Source: Takakia lepidozioides (taxonomy: Eukaryota; Plantae; Bryophyta). From it: a stretch of 64,000 nt of DNA. The notes beneath the pieces are model-generated. The model ran no database searches and was not told where the DNA came from. It worked only from the letters and a program-made list of their open reading frames with translations. Below, in pieces: positions 49,815 through 62,614 of this stretch. The stretch covers positions 75,144,001 through 75,208,000 of the forward strand of contig CM060733.1 of assembly GCA_030704615.1 (NCBI GenBank), read 5' to 3'. The stretch's first letter is position 1. The number at the start of each line of letters is the position of its first letter. The translations under genes were made by a program, and so were the position numbers.

Positions 49815-52800
49815 ATGGAGACCGAAGTAGAGTGTCCAGAAGTTATACCAGGGTGCAAGCCTACAACGAGGGAGGTAGAACGAGCAAAGCGTCAAGCGGA
49901 GAACAAGGCATTCTTCGCGCGGCTCAAGATCTACGACATTGCAAAGAGGTCTGAACTTCCGTTTTTTTCATATCCCCTACCTAGCCCTAGCCATGAAACC
50001 GCATTAAAAGCTCCAAACCTGCGGAGAGGATATGTTAGGGTTTTGCAGCTGCTGACTTTGTCTTTCTTCTTCTTTGTAGCGTTGAAGAGAGCTTGAGTCG
50101 CCCTAAACGCCTCGTTGAGGAAATCCTCAAACATATAGGTCCTCCTCGCCGAAGTCACAGAGTTCAACTCCTGCACTCTACAATGTCACAACGGGAGAAA
50201 GAGGTAGAGCAAGAGGAGGAAGCACAAGTTCAAGCGGAGTCAGACGCAGAGGAGGCACGAGAGCAAGAACTGCAGCGAGACCAAGATTATGCCGCACATG
50301 AAGACCTGAATGAGACCAGCTCGGAATCAGAGATGGAAACGATGAAAGAAGCCCTAGCAAAAACAAAGCGCGCAAAGCACCCTACAAACTCCCCAACCCA
50401 TCAGCAGGTTTGCGATCTGCACCAAAGTTCTATCTCCATGTGCATATGAAAAGGCAGTCAGGGTAAGAAACAATTACAGCAGGGTTGTTGGGCATGAGTC
50501 TTGCATATGAATTTGGGTGGGAAAAGGCTCACTAGAATGTCAACTCCATTTGCCTGCTTTCTGGCTTGGTCTGGATTGTAATGAGGCCAGTAGTTGTGGG
50601 GGTCATACTTCTTCTTCAACAAAGCCAGATAGACAATGCAACACTAGAGGCACTTGAAGTCCTTACCCCTAAACCCTCCAACATCTCTTTGCCAATTCAA
50701 CTTGTGGACCATGTGCCTTTGTTTTCAGCAAAGTGAGTGCTAGTACTCTTATGGTATGCTTGACTCTCCTTCATGATGGTATATAAATGTTGCCTCTTTT
50801 TCCTTTTGAGTACCTCTCTGGACAAATTTAGGGGTTGTTCAAATATAACCCGAGCCTCAGCCTGAAATTTTGAATACGCTGAACAGAGGTACAGACACAA
50901 TGCCATGTATGGAATGTTATAGAAGTCTGGGCCTCTCAAGTTTGGAAAGTTCACTCCCTCCGACTTCAGAGATTTTTGGGTCAGCATTATGGGCACCTTT
51001 AACGTTTATGTATAGGTTTCCAGCCCCAGTTTAGATGGCAATGAAGCATTGTTACAATTGCTTCTGGAATTCATGCATGTTCAAGTGGACAAGTATGAGA
51101 ACTATATTGTTTCTCATGTTTATGTTGAGCAATGTGTGCAGAGTTCAGTCAAAAAAAGGAAGGGAATTGCAGGGAAGGATGCAAACGAGCATAAGTCTCT
51201 TACTCCAGCAAAGTGTGCACCAACTATTGCGCTAGCTGCTGTGACGAGTGGCACGGCTGTTCCAACTTACGAGAAACCAGCCCCGCCCACTCCACAGACC
51301 GACATTCCACCATGATCCTAGTCAAGGTGGGTATTCCATTTACCACCATTATGGAATGCATCCTCATAGTATGTATCCTCCTCGGCCTATGTACAACCAA
51401 CCTACTTCCTCCCTCTATAGCCCTGCAAGACCACACCAGGGGCAGGTCCAGTATGGTGGCCACCAACCTTCAGCATCCAACTACAGTGGAGTACATTAGC
51501 CGGCACCTTCGAGCTTCGCTGCACCGCGACCACCTCTTTATCCGACATCTCCAGGTACACCTAATATCCTGAAAGGGAAAGGCATTCTGAAACAGACCAA
51601 GGATGCATCTGCTCCGCATCATATTGTGGGGTGGGAGACATCAGTCCAGCCGCAACAGAGTGAAGGTGGTAGCATGCAAGGTACTGCTGAAACCTTGCAG
51701 GATTCCAGCCTTACTCCTGGGGGGACATCAGGTGTGACTCCTGTAGAACGCAAAAATGCTTTAAGGAGGGAAAGAAAGGCACTTGCAAAAGATATGAGGA
51801 CCAGGCTGCTCAGAATGTGGCTGTAGGGAGGAGGAAAATTTTCATTGCTTGTGATGAACTTGGAAACCCTGAAGGTCTTGCTCGAAACCAGTGGATGACA
51901 GCACTACGAGGCCAGTGTCAACGTTTGTTGGACTGGTCATTGTATGCTTAGGATCAACCATTACTCTTAATTGAAAAGATCATGGAGATATTGGCGTCAG
52001 ATTGGGAATACGGGCCTCCTGGTCTTAACATAAAGGCTATTACAAAAACAATTTGAGGCCAGCTCAAGTACCAACGAAATAAGCTGTTCAAAAATTACTA
52101 TAGTGTGGGACTGCCCAAACCCCCTCATGTGCCAGACAAGACATGGGCACAACTAGTTGTTAGTTGGGGTTCCACAGATTTCAAGAAATTCCAAGCAAAT
52201 GGTGTCAAGGCGCGGGGATGTGTGAAGAATGCATCTCGATCGGGGTCGCAGTGGAATCAGTGGTGTTGTAGCACAACTGATATACTTCTCTTACAACATA
52301 GGAAGTTCCCACATTGTTTTGCATTGACAAACTTTATGTGTTGGGTTTTTTTGGCTGGATCTCATAGTCTATTCCTATATGGATGGAATTAGTGCACATC
52401 GCTACTACTTGGGGGTCTTCTCAGAGCTGGGCGCCAGCAAGAAACTGAGCACTGTTATTGAGGGGGAGTCATTGACGCTATCCTAGATAATTCTTTACTG
52501 TTGGCAGTGTGCTATGCTAGTCATTTACACTTGCAAGTTTGTTGCAATCATAGGAGAAGGAGACTGGATGTACACCAAGATTGCAGGAGATCGCCGGTAG
52601 CGCCAGGAGTGACAAAGGCTACAGGTCGGGGTGTACAAGTAGTGCAGCCACATCGGTATATAAATTCAGTCCCAATTCTGGTGTGAATTACATATTCATG
52701 ATTTCCATGCCATTCCTAGTTGCCGTTTGGTTCTCTTTTCTTACTAGTTCATCAGTTTAGTATAGTGAATTGTTACTTTGGAGGTGTTCTATGTGTTGGG

Positions 52801-53134
52801 GCAGGGAATTGGTTCACTAGCAGCTCGCCTCGATGCTATGGAAAACAAGCAAGTGCAGATGGAAGCCAACTCCAAGGCAGCTTTGGAAGCAGTCCAAGTT
52901 CAGTTGGAGGCAGAAGCTGCATTCAACATTGCGCTCGCAGCTAAACTTGGCATGAATGTGCCAGATTCACAGCTTCCACCACGCACCACCTCTGTGCCAC
53001 AGACAACAAATGAGACTATTTCTCATGTTGTGGGCTCACCACTCAACCTGTTCAAGGCAGTTTCTTCACCGCCACTGTCGCGCGGCTTTTACTCACCCAT
53101 CCCTTCGCTATCCGAGGCGGAAACTCCAAGATAG
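49815..53134 (+). pseudogene. Degenerate multi-exon gene, probably CACTA TnpA-like (Ptta/En/Spm) ORF
   Basis: PKPPHVPDKTWAQLVVSWGS..ARGCVKNASRSG at ~52110-52245; coiled-coil last exon; internal stops. Confidence 0.45.
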
Positions 53135-53699
53135 AAGAGTTGGAAATCTCTAAGTACTCAGCCCGCTCAGAACAATCAGTCATGACCTACAGCTAGTGTA
53201 TCATGGGGGTGTTTCCTATTTGTTTTCCTTTCCGCATTCATGTTAGCTAGCTACCTTACTATTGATAATTGAGTATCAGTTTGCACATCAACTCATCCAT
53301 TCATTCCACAGCTTCACTCAGATCTCTCTACACAGTGTGATTGTATCGTATAAGTATCAGATTATGATTTATCAGGTATCAGGCCGAAGCCATTGTGTCT
53401 CTAATCTCCTCTACAATATCACTACAGCTTTGCATATAACAAGCATTTACTAATCATCTCTCCTCCTTCACCGTTCTCTCCATGTTTGCTTTCGTTCTTG
53501 CTCTCCGCCCGATCCCCTCTCATCCATCACCAAGAATCCTTCCCCTCCAGTGCTTCCAAGATTGATCCATTTCTCAGTCCTTGCTTCTCCCTTTATCTTC
53601 CTACTCGTGGCTCTAACCGTTTCCCTCACTAACCGTCGTCCGTGAACTAACATGTTCCAAGTACGCGTTGCCACTGAGCCTTCGTCGATCAAGCTACAG

Positions 53700-53925
53700 G
53701 TTCTCGCATCTACCCACGCCGAAAGGTGTTCGATGGCTCCCAATTCCCACGCTATTGTGTACTGTCCTCCTCATACTCTGAGAGCAAAGGTCCCTTCCGT
53801 GGGAGGACCTTGCCAAGTAAAGGAGATTTTCCTTTGTACCAAATTCCACCTCAAACCAGGCACAGTGTTTGTGGAAGAAGAAAGGAAGGATTTGCATGGA
53901 GAGGTCGTGGAGATAGTCAAGAGGC
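53700..53925 (+). pseudogene. N-terminal fragment of another GCM-Mutator transposase relative
   Basis: AIVYCPPHTLRAK..FLCTKFHLKPGTVFVEEERKDLHG aligns with ATVYCPPHEHRAS..YLCVRYHLKPG..EEERNDSNG of element A. Confidence 0.7.
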
Positions 53926-54340
53926 CAGGCGGGGGAGCCAAGAGGCCCAATCGCGGCAACCCCGGGCCGTGGCGTTGCTCCCAGGGGGGTGAGGCGGCGG
54001 GGGAGGGGCGGGCCACGCAGGCACACCCACCCAAGGCACATTCAACACCCGGGCCTTTTCTATTAGTTGGCTTGAGCTTCAAACAGCTCAAGAAGTAATT
54101 TTTGGTTTTTTTGGGCAGTCCGGGCAGGTTATACTCGAGCTTCAGAGTTTTTATGTCAGTGGGCATGGACAAAAATGATTATATTTCTTTTCGTGGTATT
54201 ACTTGATAGTTTAGCCAAACCCACAATGATGGGTGATCTTGCCCGTCACCATTGTTGATGACGAACGCCGTGAGCCGTCTCCGTCTCCCCCCAAATAGTA
54301 CACCATATTTTTTTGTAATAAAAAAAGTTTCATAAAATTT

Positions 54341-54998
54341 GACTCCCCACGACTCCCACCACAAGGTCTCCGCCCCATGGTCTTATGCCACCACCACTAA
54401 GACCCACTAAGCTACCACCACCCCTCGTGGAACCACCCCCACCGCAACCCGGTGTGCGGGGCTCCACCTAGTGAGCGCCTCCGCCTCCTTGTGTACCTTG
54501 GGCACTCAAGGGTGCTTCAGCCCCCGTACCTATTGTTGCCACTACCCCCACCACAGGGGCAGCCCCTCTTGTGTCCCGACACACACCCCTACCAACAGGG
54601 AGTCCTCATTGACTTGTCCATTTTGTAGAAACTAACATCCAAGTTGTGGCGGCCCACGTCAAGGAGTTTGTTTCCGTACCATGGCGTCCCATGGCAAAGA
54701 ACCAAACCCCCACTTGACTCTACTCTCCACTAGCTAGTTCGGCCAACTTCCTCCAAGTCCCGACCAAGGGTGGAGCCTCTCAAGCTCCACCCAGTGCACT
54801 CTTCTTGGCCCACTTCAAGGCCAAGGAACAATCCTCCCCGAGGATCGAATCGCCTTACTGCAACAACATTGCTTGCGACCGCTCATGATGCTGCTTTTGG
54901 CATCACCTTAAGCAAAGGTTCACCTTGAACCCCTTTTTGACTAGGAAGATGACCTTGAACCAACCGCGCGCCCCAATCACTACAATTGGGTCCGCCTT
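54341..54998 (-). mobile_element. Truncated piece of the chromovirus family (part of LTR + PPT + 3' UTR)
   Basis: Matches ~17090-17782. Confidence 0.88.
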
Positions 54999-57900
54999 CA
55001 CTACAAGAAAAGGGGGGCCTTTGCGACGCCCGCGCCACGCCGCAGCGTCGGGAAAACGCCCTTTTCGGGCATGCGGCAGGCGCAAAATTTGTGACGTCCG
55101 GCAGTCGCATGGACGTCGCCATGTTCTTCATGAGGGATTGCCAACCATGCTCCTTGGCGTAGTTGTACTCTACCAGAGATGGCTTCCTCTCAAACGCGCG
55201 TTGCTACACATGCCACAAATTAAAGTCAGTTCTTCGCGATGATGGAGCCAGAAAGAAGACATAACAAAGTACGACTTACAAATCGCAAGATAAAATCCTT
55301 GGATCCGCCAGCGCCCCACTTGTGTGTGGATTCGTGCTTGTCAAGGCGGACTGTTGTTGCTTCGCGTGCCCGGTCAAATTTGGCTTCTCCCTCTCCCTTC
55401 TCTCTCTCTCCTCGGCAGCCCCTTCATTGATGGTAAAAATGATCTCGGGAGATCGAGGCCTCTTCTTCTTACCTTTGGTGTTCGGGTCCTTCATGAACAC
55501 CACATGCTCTCCCTCATTGGCAACCCCACTGGACTGCACCAATGAGGCCAGCCATGTTGTTGCCTCTTGAAGACAAATAACCCCTCCAAATTCAAAAAAA
55601 GAAACAAACAACAAAGAAAATCATGCATGCAAAGGAAAGGTTGCTGACCGCTCAGGCTCAGGGGGCGGTGTCGCTGATCGGCTAGGCTGCTCCAAACCGG
55701 CCCATACGTCCTCCTCTCCCCCCCCCTCCCCCCCAAATGCGTATCAGGGTAGAAGCCCTCACCCAGCTTGACTTCTTCGAGGCGCTTCGCTATCTTGGCC
55801 ACTTCATTGGCCCTCCTCGTCTCCTCCTCCCTCATCGACAACAATGGGCTGGCAATGGAGGCTTTCAAAGGCCCTTGAACCTGACGTTGGGCCTTGGCAA
55901 GTGCAGCCTTTGTTGCGGAGGAAGGGGTCGCTATGGGGGTGACATCCAAAAGGTGCCCATACCGGGCCCCCGAACGGGTGATGTACTTGCCAAGGTACAT
56001 TTCACCCGTCTTGGTGGCCGGGGGTGTGCTCAACTGAGCATCCAGCTCAGCAACAACCTCCCGAATAGGAGAGCTGGCTGAGCCGGCCCCTGGCGCATCC
56101 AAGATGTGGACAAGAGGGGGGGTACTGGCCTCGGGTGAAGAAGGAGGCGGCGGAGGTAATGTGTATGTTGGAGATGCACCTTCCTCCCTCCTTCTTTGAC
56201 ATCCAAGTGCACTTGGTAGTGCACTTAGTGGAAGAGGCTTCGATTGCCGACCCCGTTCATTCTCGGTGGATGTACTTCCTTGAGCGTTATATGAAGACTT
56301 TGAAAGGATTTGTAAAACAAATGGCGCACCCGGAGGGTAGCATGGCGGAGGGGTATACGTTGCAAGAAGCTATGTTCTATTGCACGGAGTACATGGCAAG
56401 GGTGGATGAGGAATCCCCTCGGATGTGGAAGGAAGAGGAGGATGCACGAACCAAGGACATCGTTTTGCCCAAAAAATCAAAGAGGGTAAAATTGCCGACC
56501 TTGGTGATTGAGCAAGCGCATGACTTCATACTGAAGAATACCCCATCCATACATGAGTGGGAGGCAAGATACAATAATCTTGTTCAGCAACGAAAGGAGG
56601 AGACGTTTGCATGGAGGCGGAACCATCCAAGGCTGGTTACTAGACGTCCACGACGAGGAGCGGGCTGCCGGAATGTTCCTTCACAAAATTTGCCCATGGA
56701 ATTGCAGCCTCTAAGTTCATTCCAACAGTGGCTTCGGACTTCAGTTTATGACGTCGTTGCTCAAGGAGAGGTGGTTTCAGATTTGGTGCAAGACATTGCA
56801 AGGGGCCCCTCTCAATTCGCGACCTCATACACGGCGGTTTGGGTTCACGGTCGTCATTTCCGCATTCGTGCTCTTGACATAAAGCGCAAAACAACCTTTG
56901 ATTCTGGCTTATGTGCCACATATTGGCAAGACTCCGTGTGGGGCAAGGGAGATACACGACCTGCTATGAGCAAACTTGAGTACATTGGAGAGCTTGAGAG
57001 CATACTCCAACTTCAGTATACAAGGTACCGGCCTCTTCTCTTCAAGGGAAGGTGGTTCCCGCCACATCTTGTGGGGCCCTCCGCAACACTAGTGCAAGAT
57101 GATTGTGGTTTCATGCGCGTCAATGCAGATAGGCTCAACCCTACTCATCGTCCCTCCGATGAGCCTTTTTCACGGCCTTCAGACATGGAGCAAGTTTTCT
57201 TCTCCAAAGAGGGGGGAATTGGAAGGTGGTTGTGCATGCTCAGCCAAGAGGAAGACGTATCTATCATGGTCTCGGATCTCCATGGGGTGAGGCAATTGCG
57301 GTGGACGGAGAGACTGGTCATAATGATGCTGATGATGGAGGTTGGGTAGAGGGAGTAGAGGAGGATGATGACGCCCCGGACAATGCATCCTGGATCCTAT
57401 ATGATGAAGCTCTAGAAGATACGGATGTTGGAGAAGGAGACGAAGACACGGCCATTGACAACGAGGTGGAGGATGATTCGGGGGTGCATTTTGAGGGCCG
57501 GGCCATTTATGACGATGACTCCGATGACCAAGAAGACTTGCAGCTTGATGAGAATGAAGAGGCTCCGGATGATGATGTTCAAGTTGATTAGACACAAAAT
57601 CAAAGCTACATAACAATCCTCGCACCGAACTGGACCCATCCCTTCGATTGATTGTATATGTACATGCATATTGTACTTTATTTCTATGATTCATCAAATA
57701 TGGCTGTGGCTGGTAGTCTTTCAAGAAAGAAGGCAGAAGCAATGAATATGTTGGAGCAACACATACAGATGTGGTATCAAGAGAATTATCAAAATGAATG
57801 TCACAATCTACAAGAAGGTCCACAACAACAAGCTAAACCATAAAGAAAAACAAACACCCTACCCCAGTACCATATGAAAAAAAAAAAAAACTAAGAACCC

Positions 57901-58477
57901 CCAAAGGCCCTAAACCTAAACCTAGAAAGCCCTGCCGTCGCCTCCTGCGACCCCCACGCGTCGCAAACTGCGACGCGTTTTCTTGGATTTATGAGGCCGG
58001 GGGTCGCAAACGGCGACGGACAGCCGTCGCAAACTGTGATATGTTTTTTTTGTTTTGAAAGAATAGGGCAACCGAGCAGTTTGCGACGCCCGGCCGTCGC
58101 AGGGGCCTTTTGCCCTTCACGCCACCATGCAACGGCCAGGCGTCGCAAAAAAGGGCTGCGATGAAAGAAATGGCAAGAAATGGTTTTTTCTTTTCCGGCG
58201 TGCGACGATCGGCCGTCGCCAGAAAGGGCTGCCTTCTGCCCTTCGCTGGGGGCGACGCTTAGGCGTCGCATGGAAGGGCTGTCATTTTCCCTTCATCACT
58301 CCGTGCAATGGCCAGGCGTCGTCGCCTGGCCCCGGCACCAGGTTTCACTCCCGCGAGGTTTGGCTGCGACGGCCCGGCGTCGCAAACACGCTCCGCGGAG
58401 TTGGCGTCGCATCCTCGACGCCGCGCGGGGCGTGGGGCGCAGCTGGCGTTGCAAACCCCCCCCCATTTGTTGTAGTG
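54999..58477 (+). mobile_element. CACTA/EnSpm deletion derivative
   Basis: CACTACAAGAAAAGGGGGG ... CCCCCCATTTGTTGTAGTG termini; subterminal TGCGACG/CGTCGCA repeats; flanks CTT/CAA do not match. Confidence 0.8.
56135..57349 (+). pseudogene. C-terminal part of CACTA transposase (DUF4218/DUF4216-like)
   Basis: LPPSFFDIQVHLVVHL..RWMYFLERYMKTLK..PEGSMAEGY. Confidence 0.88.
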
Positions 58478-58899
58478 CAATTAGCACCCCAATGGAGACC
58501 AGGGAGAAGCTAACAAAGTCAGATTGCCCAGAAACTGGAGGTTAGCTATTTCATGAGCATGAGCGGCATGAGTGGAGTAGTAAGACAATCGGTTTTCGAA
58601 AATAAAAAATAAAAAAATAAAACATTAATTTAATGCAATGTGTAAGGAAAAACAAATATATTATTCGGCCCCATGAAGGGAAAATTGTAGTTTTGACAGT
58701 TGTGCTCATGATATTTCGTCTTCCGCTCATGCCAATTCCCAGCGACATGTGCAAATATGACGCCGAATTTCACGGTAATAGGGTCCGTAACCTGAAAAAA
58801 TGGCAACGTATTTCGCGGTAATAGGTCTCTCTGGCGAAAAATGGTGCCGAATTCCGCGGCTATAGGTCCCCTCATGACAGGTAATTCGGCGCCATTTTT

Positions 58900-60220
58900 G
58901 TTTCCCCTCGCCAATTTGTGACAATGGGAACCAACGTGTATGCAAGCTCGGGTGAGGTCAGGGAAACGGTGCAACACATAGAACTGCTTGGCATTACAAA
59001 CAGACATGCAGTGTGGTGGTTCTTTGCAATGCGCACACTTAAATGTGGAGTTCGGAACCTTCTCCTGAGCTCGAAATGGTTGATGAGCTGTGCCTATCCA
59101 ATCGGTCTCGTTCCTGTGACCTCTGGATTTAAAGTGGAAGCAAGTTGGGGAGAAACACCGCAACGCGCCCGCACAAACAACGTAGCGCACCGGAAACCAT
59201 CGAGCATCTTCATGCTGGTGGTTTTGGTAACGCACCAAGGATGACCGTCATGTTTTCTATCCATATCTGTCAACATTCCGGACGCCCTCGAGTAGTCCGC
59301 CCGAGGAGGGAACTCAAAGAAGATATTACCGTCGACGTCGGCGGAAGGCATGTAACCGATTTAATTGCGAACTTGCTGTAGTCCAGCCCGGCCAGCTCCG
59401 ACCGGTGTCCCTCCAGGTGAAGCCCTCGCAGAATTTCAAGAATAGATCGAACTGCGGTGCTCGTGCTGGAAATATGACTCCCTCCTCCACTAACGTCCAT
59501 TGAGGACTTGCCTGATCTCCAGGACGATCTCGGAACTTCCATGACCTCGTCTGAGTCGGACAGGTTGTGAACAACCCGGTTCTCGCTCGTCTTCATGGAT
59601 GGGTTCGGCTCTGGATTTACTTCGTTGCGGACTTCTCTCTTTGAGGTAGCCACTCTCTGATTCGCGGATTGTTTCGTGGAAGGCGCCAGGATAGAAGGTG
59701 CATTTGGCGGGCAAATGAAGTCCCCAACAGCCCTGTATATGACGCTGTCCGATGGTGGAACTCGCCATTCCCTGCCATCGCCGAAATCATCGTGGAGCAC
59801 AACAATACTCTCGACAACAAGGCCGTTTGAGTCCTTCCTTTCCTCCTCCAAAAAAACCGACCCCGGTTTTCAGGTGGTATCGAACGCACAGATATTTCTC
59901 CATCACCCGGCAGATGTCCCCTCTGCACGGAAATGAAGCTCTATGCTCGTGAGGAGGGCAGTACACTGTAGCGCTCGGGTTTTCCGCCATGGGAGATGTG
60001 CACACAAGACTGCCAGGATGGCGTGCGGGGAAGCTCCCTGGTAGAAGGGGGATGCAGCGATGGGAAGGAATGCGGTGCCAATTTGTCCGAGCGACGAAGC
60101 CTGATCCAAATCCAGGGAGCCAACTATCTAAAAAATCCACAGTCAGAGTGTTAATGAACCTTGTCTCCGGAATGCGGCCCCTGATCTTTGCGCAATAACT
60201 GCCAATGGTATGCAGTCAGA
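58900..60220 (-). pseudogene. 5' part of the transposase (through the GCM-like domain); DDE core deleted
   Basis: ..HVGSHCHKLARGN joined directly to the subterminal repeats at ~58900. Confidence 0.82.
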
Positions 60221-60289
60221 AAGTGGGGGGCCGTCCGGATGATGTCGGCTGAAGGGGAGAAGCCGGCACCGTGCCGTCACATTACTACC

Positions 60290-62581
60290 CCCGAATGGAA
60301 ATTCGACACGCAATATCCAACAGGGGCCGCACGGATGAAGTCGTCTGGGGCAGAGATGCCGGCACTTGTCCGACAGAAAACATCCCTAGGATGGAAATTC
60401 AGCGCCGAATTTCCATTCGGATCCACCCAAAGGAAGTCCTGTCGGGGGGTCAGGCCGAAAACTGGCCGACATAAAAACCTCCGCGGATGGAAAAACGGCG
60501 CCGAATTTCCATCCAAGGCCTTTCGGATGTCGTCGGCTCGGGGGAAAGGCCGCCATCTGGCTCTCACATTACAACCCCCGGACGGAAATTCGGCACCGAA
60601 TATACAACAGGGGAAGCCCGGATGAAGTCGCCTCGGGCGCAAAGGCCGGCGCGTGTGCGACAGTGAATATCCCTTGGATGGAGATTCGGCGCCGAATTTC
60701 CATCCGGGCCCCCCCAAAGGAAGTCGTGTCGAGGGGTCAGGCCGAAAACTGGCCGGCATAAAAACATCGCCAGATGGAAAAAACGGCGCCGAATTTCCAT
60801 CCGAGGCCTTTCGGATGCAGTCGGCTCGGGGGAAAGGCCGCCATCTGGCCCTCACATTGCAACCCCCGGACGGAAATTCGGCACCGAATATACAACAGGG
60901 GAAGCCCGGATGAAGTCGCCTCGGGCGCAGAGGCCGGCGCGTGTGCGACAGAGAACATCCCCTGGATGGAGGTTCGGCGCCAAATTTCCATCCGGGCCCC
61001 CCCCAAAGGAAGTCGTGTCGGGGGGTCAGGCCGAAAACTGGCCGGCATAAAAACATCCCCAGATGGAAAAACGGCGCCGAATTTCCATCCGGGGCGGTTC
61101 AGATGCAGTCGGGGAGGGGCGAGAGGCCGGCACTTGGCCGTCACATTTCAACCCCCGGACGGAAATTCAGCACCGAATATCCAACAGGGGACGCCCGGAT
61201 GAAGTCGCCTCGGGCGTAGAGGCCGGCACGTGTTCGACAGAGAGCATCCCCTGGATTGAGATTCAGCGCTGAATTTCCATCCGGGCCCCCCCAAAGGAAG
61301 TCGTGTCGGGGGGTCAGACCGAAAACTGGTCGACATAAAAACCTCCCCAGATGGAAAAACGGCGCCGAATTTCAATCCGGGGCCGTTCCAATGCAGTCAG
61401 GGAGGGGGGAGAGGCCGGCACCTGGCCGTCATATTTCAACCCCCGGACGGAAATTCGGCATTGAATATCCAACAGAGCGGCGGAGAGGCCGACACCTCTC
61501 CGACAGAGATCATCCCCCGGATGGAAATTCGGCGCCGAATTTCCATCGGGGCCCCCTCAAAGGAAGTCGTAAAAACCTCCCTAGATGGAAAAACGGCGCC
61601 GAATTTCCATCCGGGGCCGTTCCAATGCAGTCGGGGAGGGGGGAGAGGCCAGCACCTGGCCGTCATATTTCAACCCCCGGACGAAAATTCGGCACCGAAT
61701 ATCCAACAGAGCGGCGGAGAGGCCGGCACCTCTCCGACAGAGACCATCCCCCGGATGGAAATTCGGCGCCGTTTTTCCATCGGGGCCCCCTCAAAGGAAG
61801 TCGCAGAAACCTCCCAGAATGGAAAAACGGCGCCGAATTTCCGTCCGAGGCTGTTCCGATTTGCCTCTAGCAGTGAAGGATTCCAAGAAAAATCCGAAAA
61901 ATCAATCGGACACGCTCAGAATTACCTGCAGGAAGGTAATTCAGCACTTCGAAATTCCTGGCGAATGGAAATTCGGCACCGAATATCCATACGCCAGTGA
62001 TCCGACTTACCTGCTGGATGGAAATTCGGCGCCGGATTTCCATCCATCCGGGATTCGAATTACCTGCTGGATGGAAATTCGGCGCCGGATTTCCATCCAT
62101 CCGGGATTCCACTTACCTGCTGGATGGAAATTCGGCGCCGGATTTCCATCCATTCGGGATTCGACTTACCTGCAGGATGGAAATTCGGCGTCGGATTTCC
62201 ATCCATCCGGGATTTGAATTACCTGCAGGATGGAAATTCGGCGCCGGATCTCCATCCATCCACTCTCCGACCAACCTTGCGGATGGAAATCCGGCGCCGG
62301 ATTTCCATCCATCCGCCTCCGAATTACCTTCTTGAGGGAAATTTCACGCGCCGACCTACCTCGCAGATGGAAATCCAGCGCCAGATTTCCATCCATCCGC
62401 TCTTCGAATTACCTGCATGACGGAAATTTTGCGCGCCGACCTAGCTGGCGGATGGAAATCCAGCGCCGGATTTCCATCCATCCACTCTTCGAATTACCTG
62501 CATGACTGGAAAAATGGCGCCGAATTTCCGATTTTGGTGCAAGTCAGATCTGGCACTTAGCCATTTTCGGCCCCGAAATAG

Positions 62582-62614
<33 letters not shown>

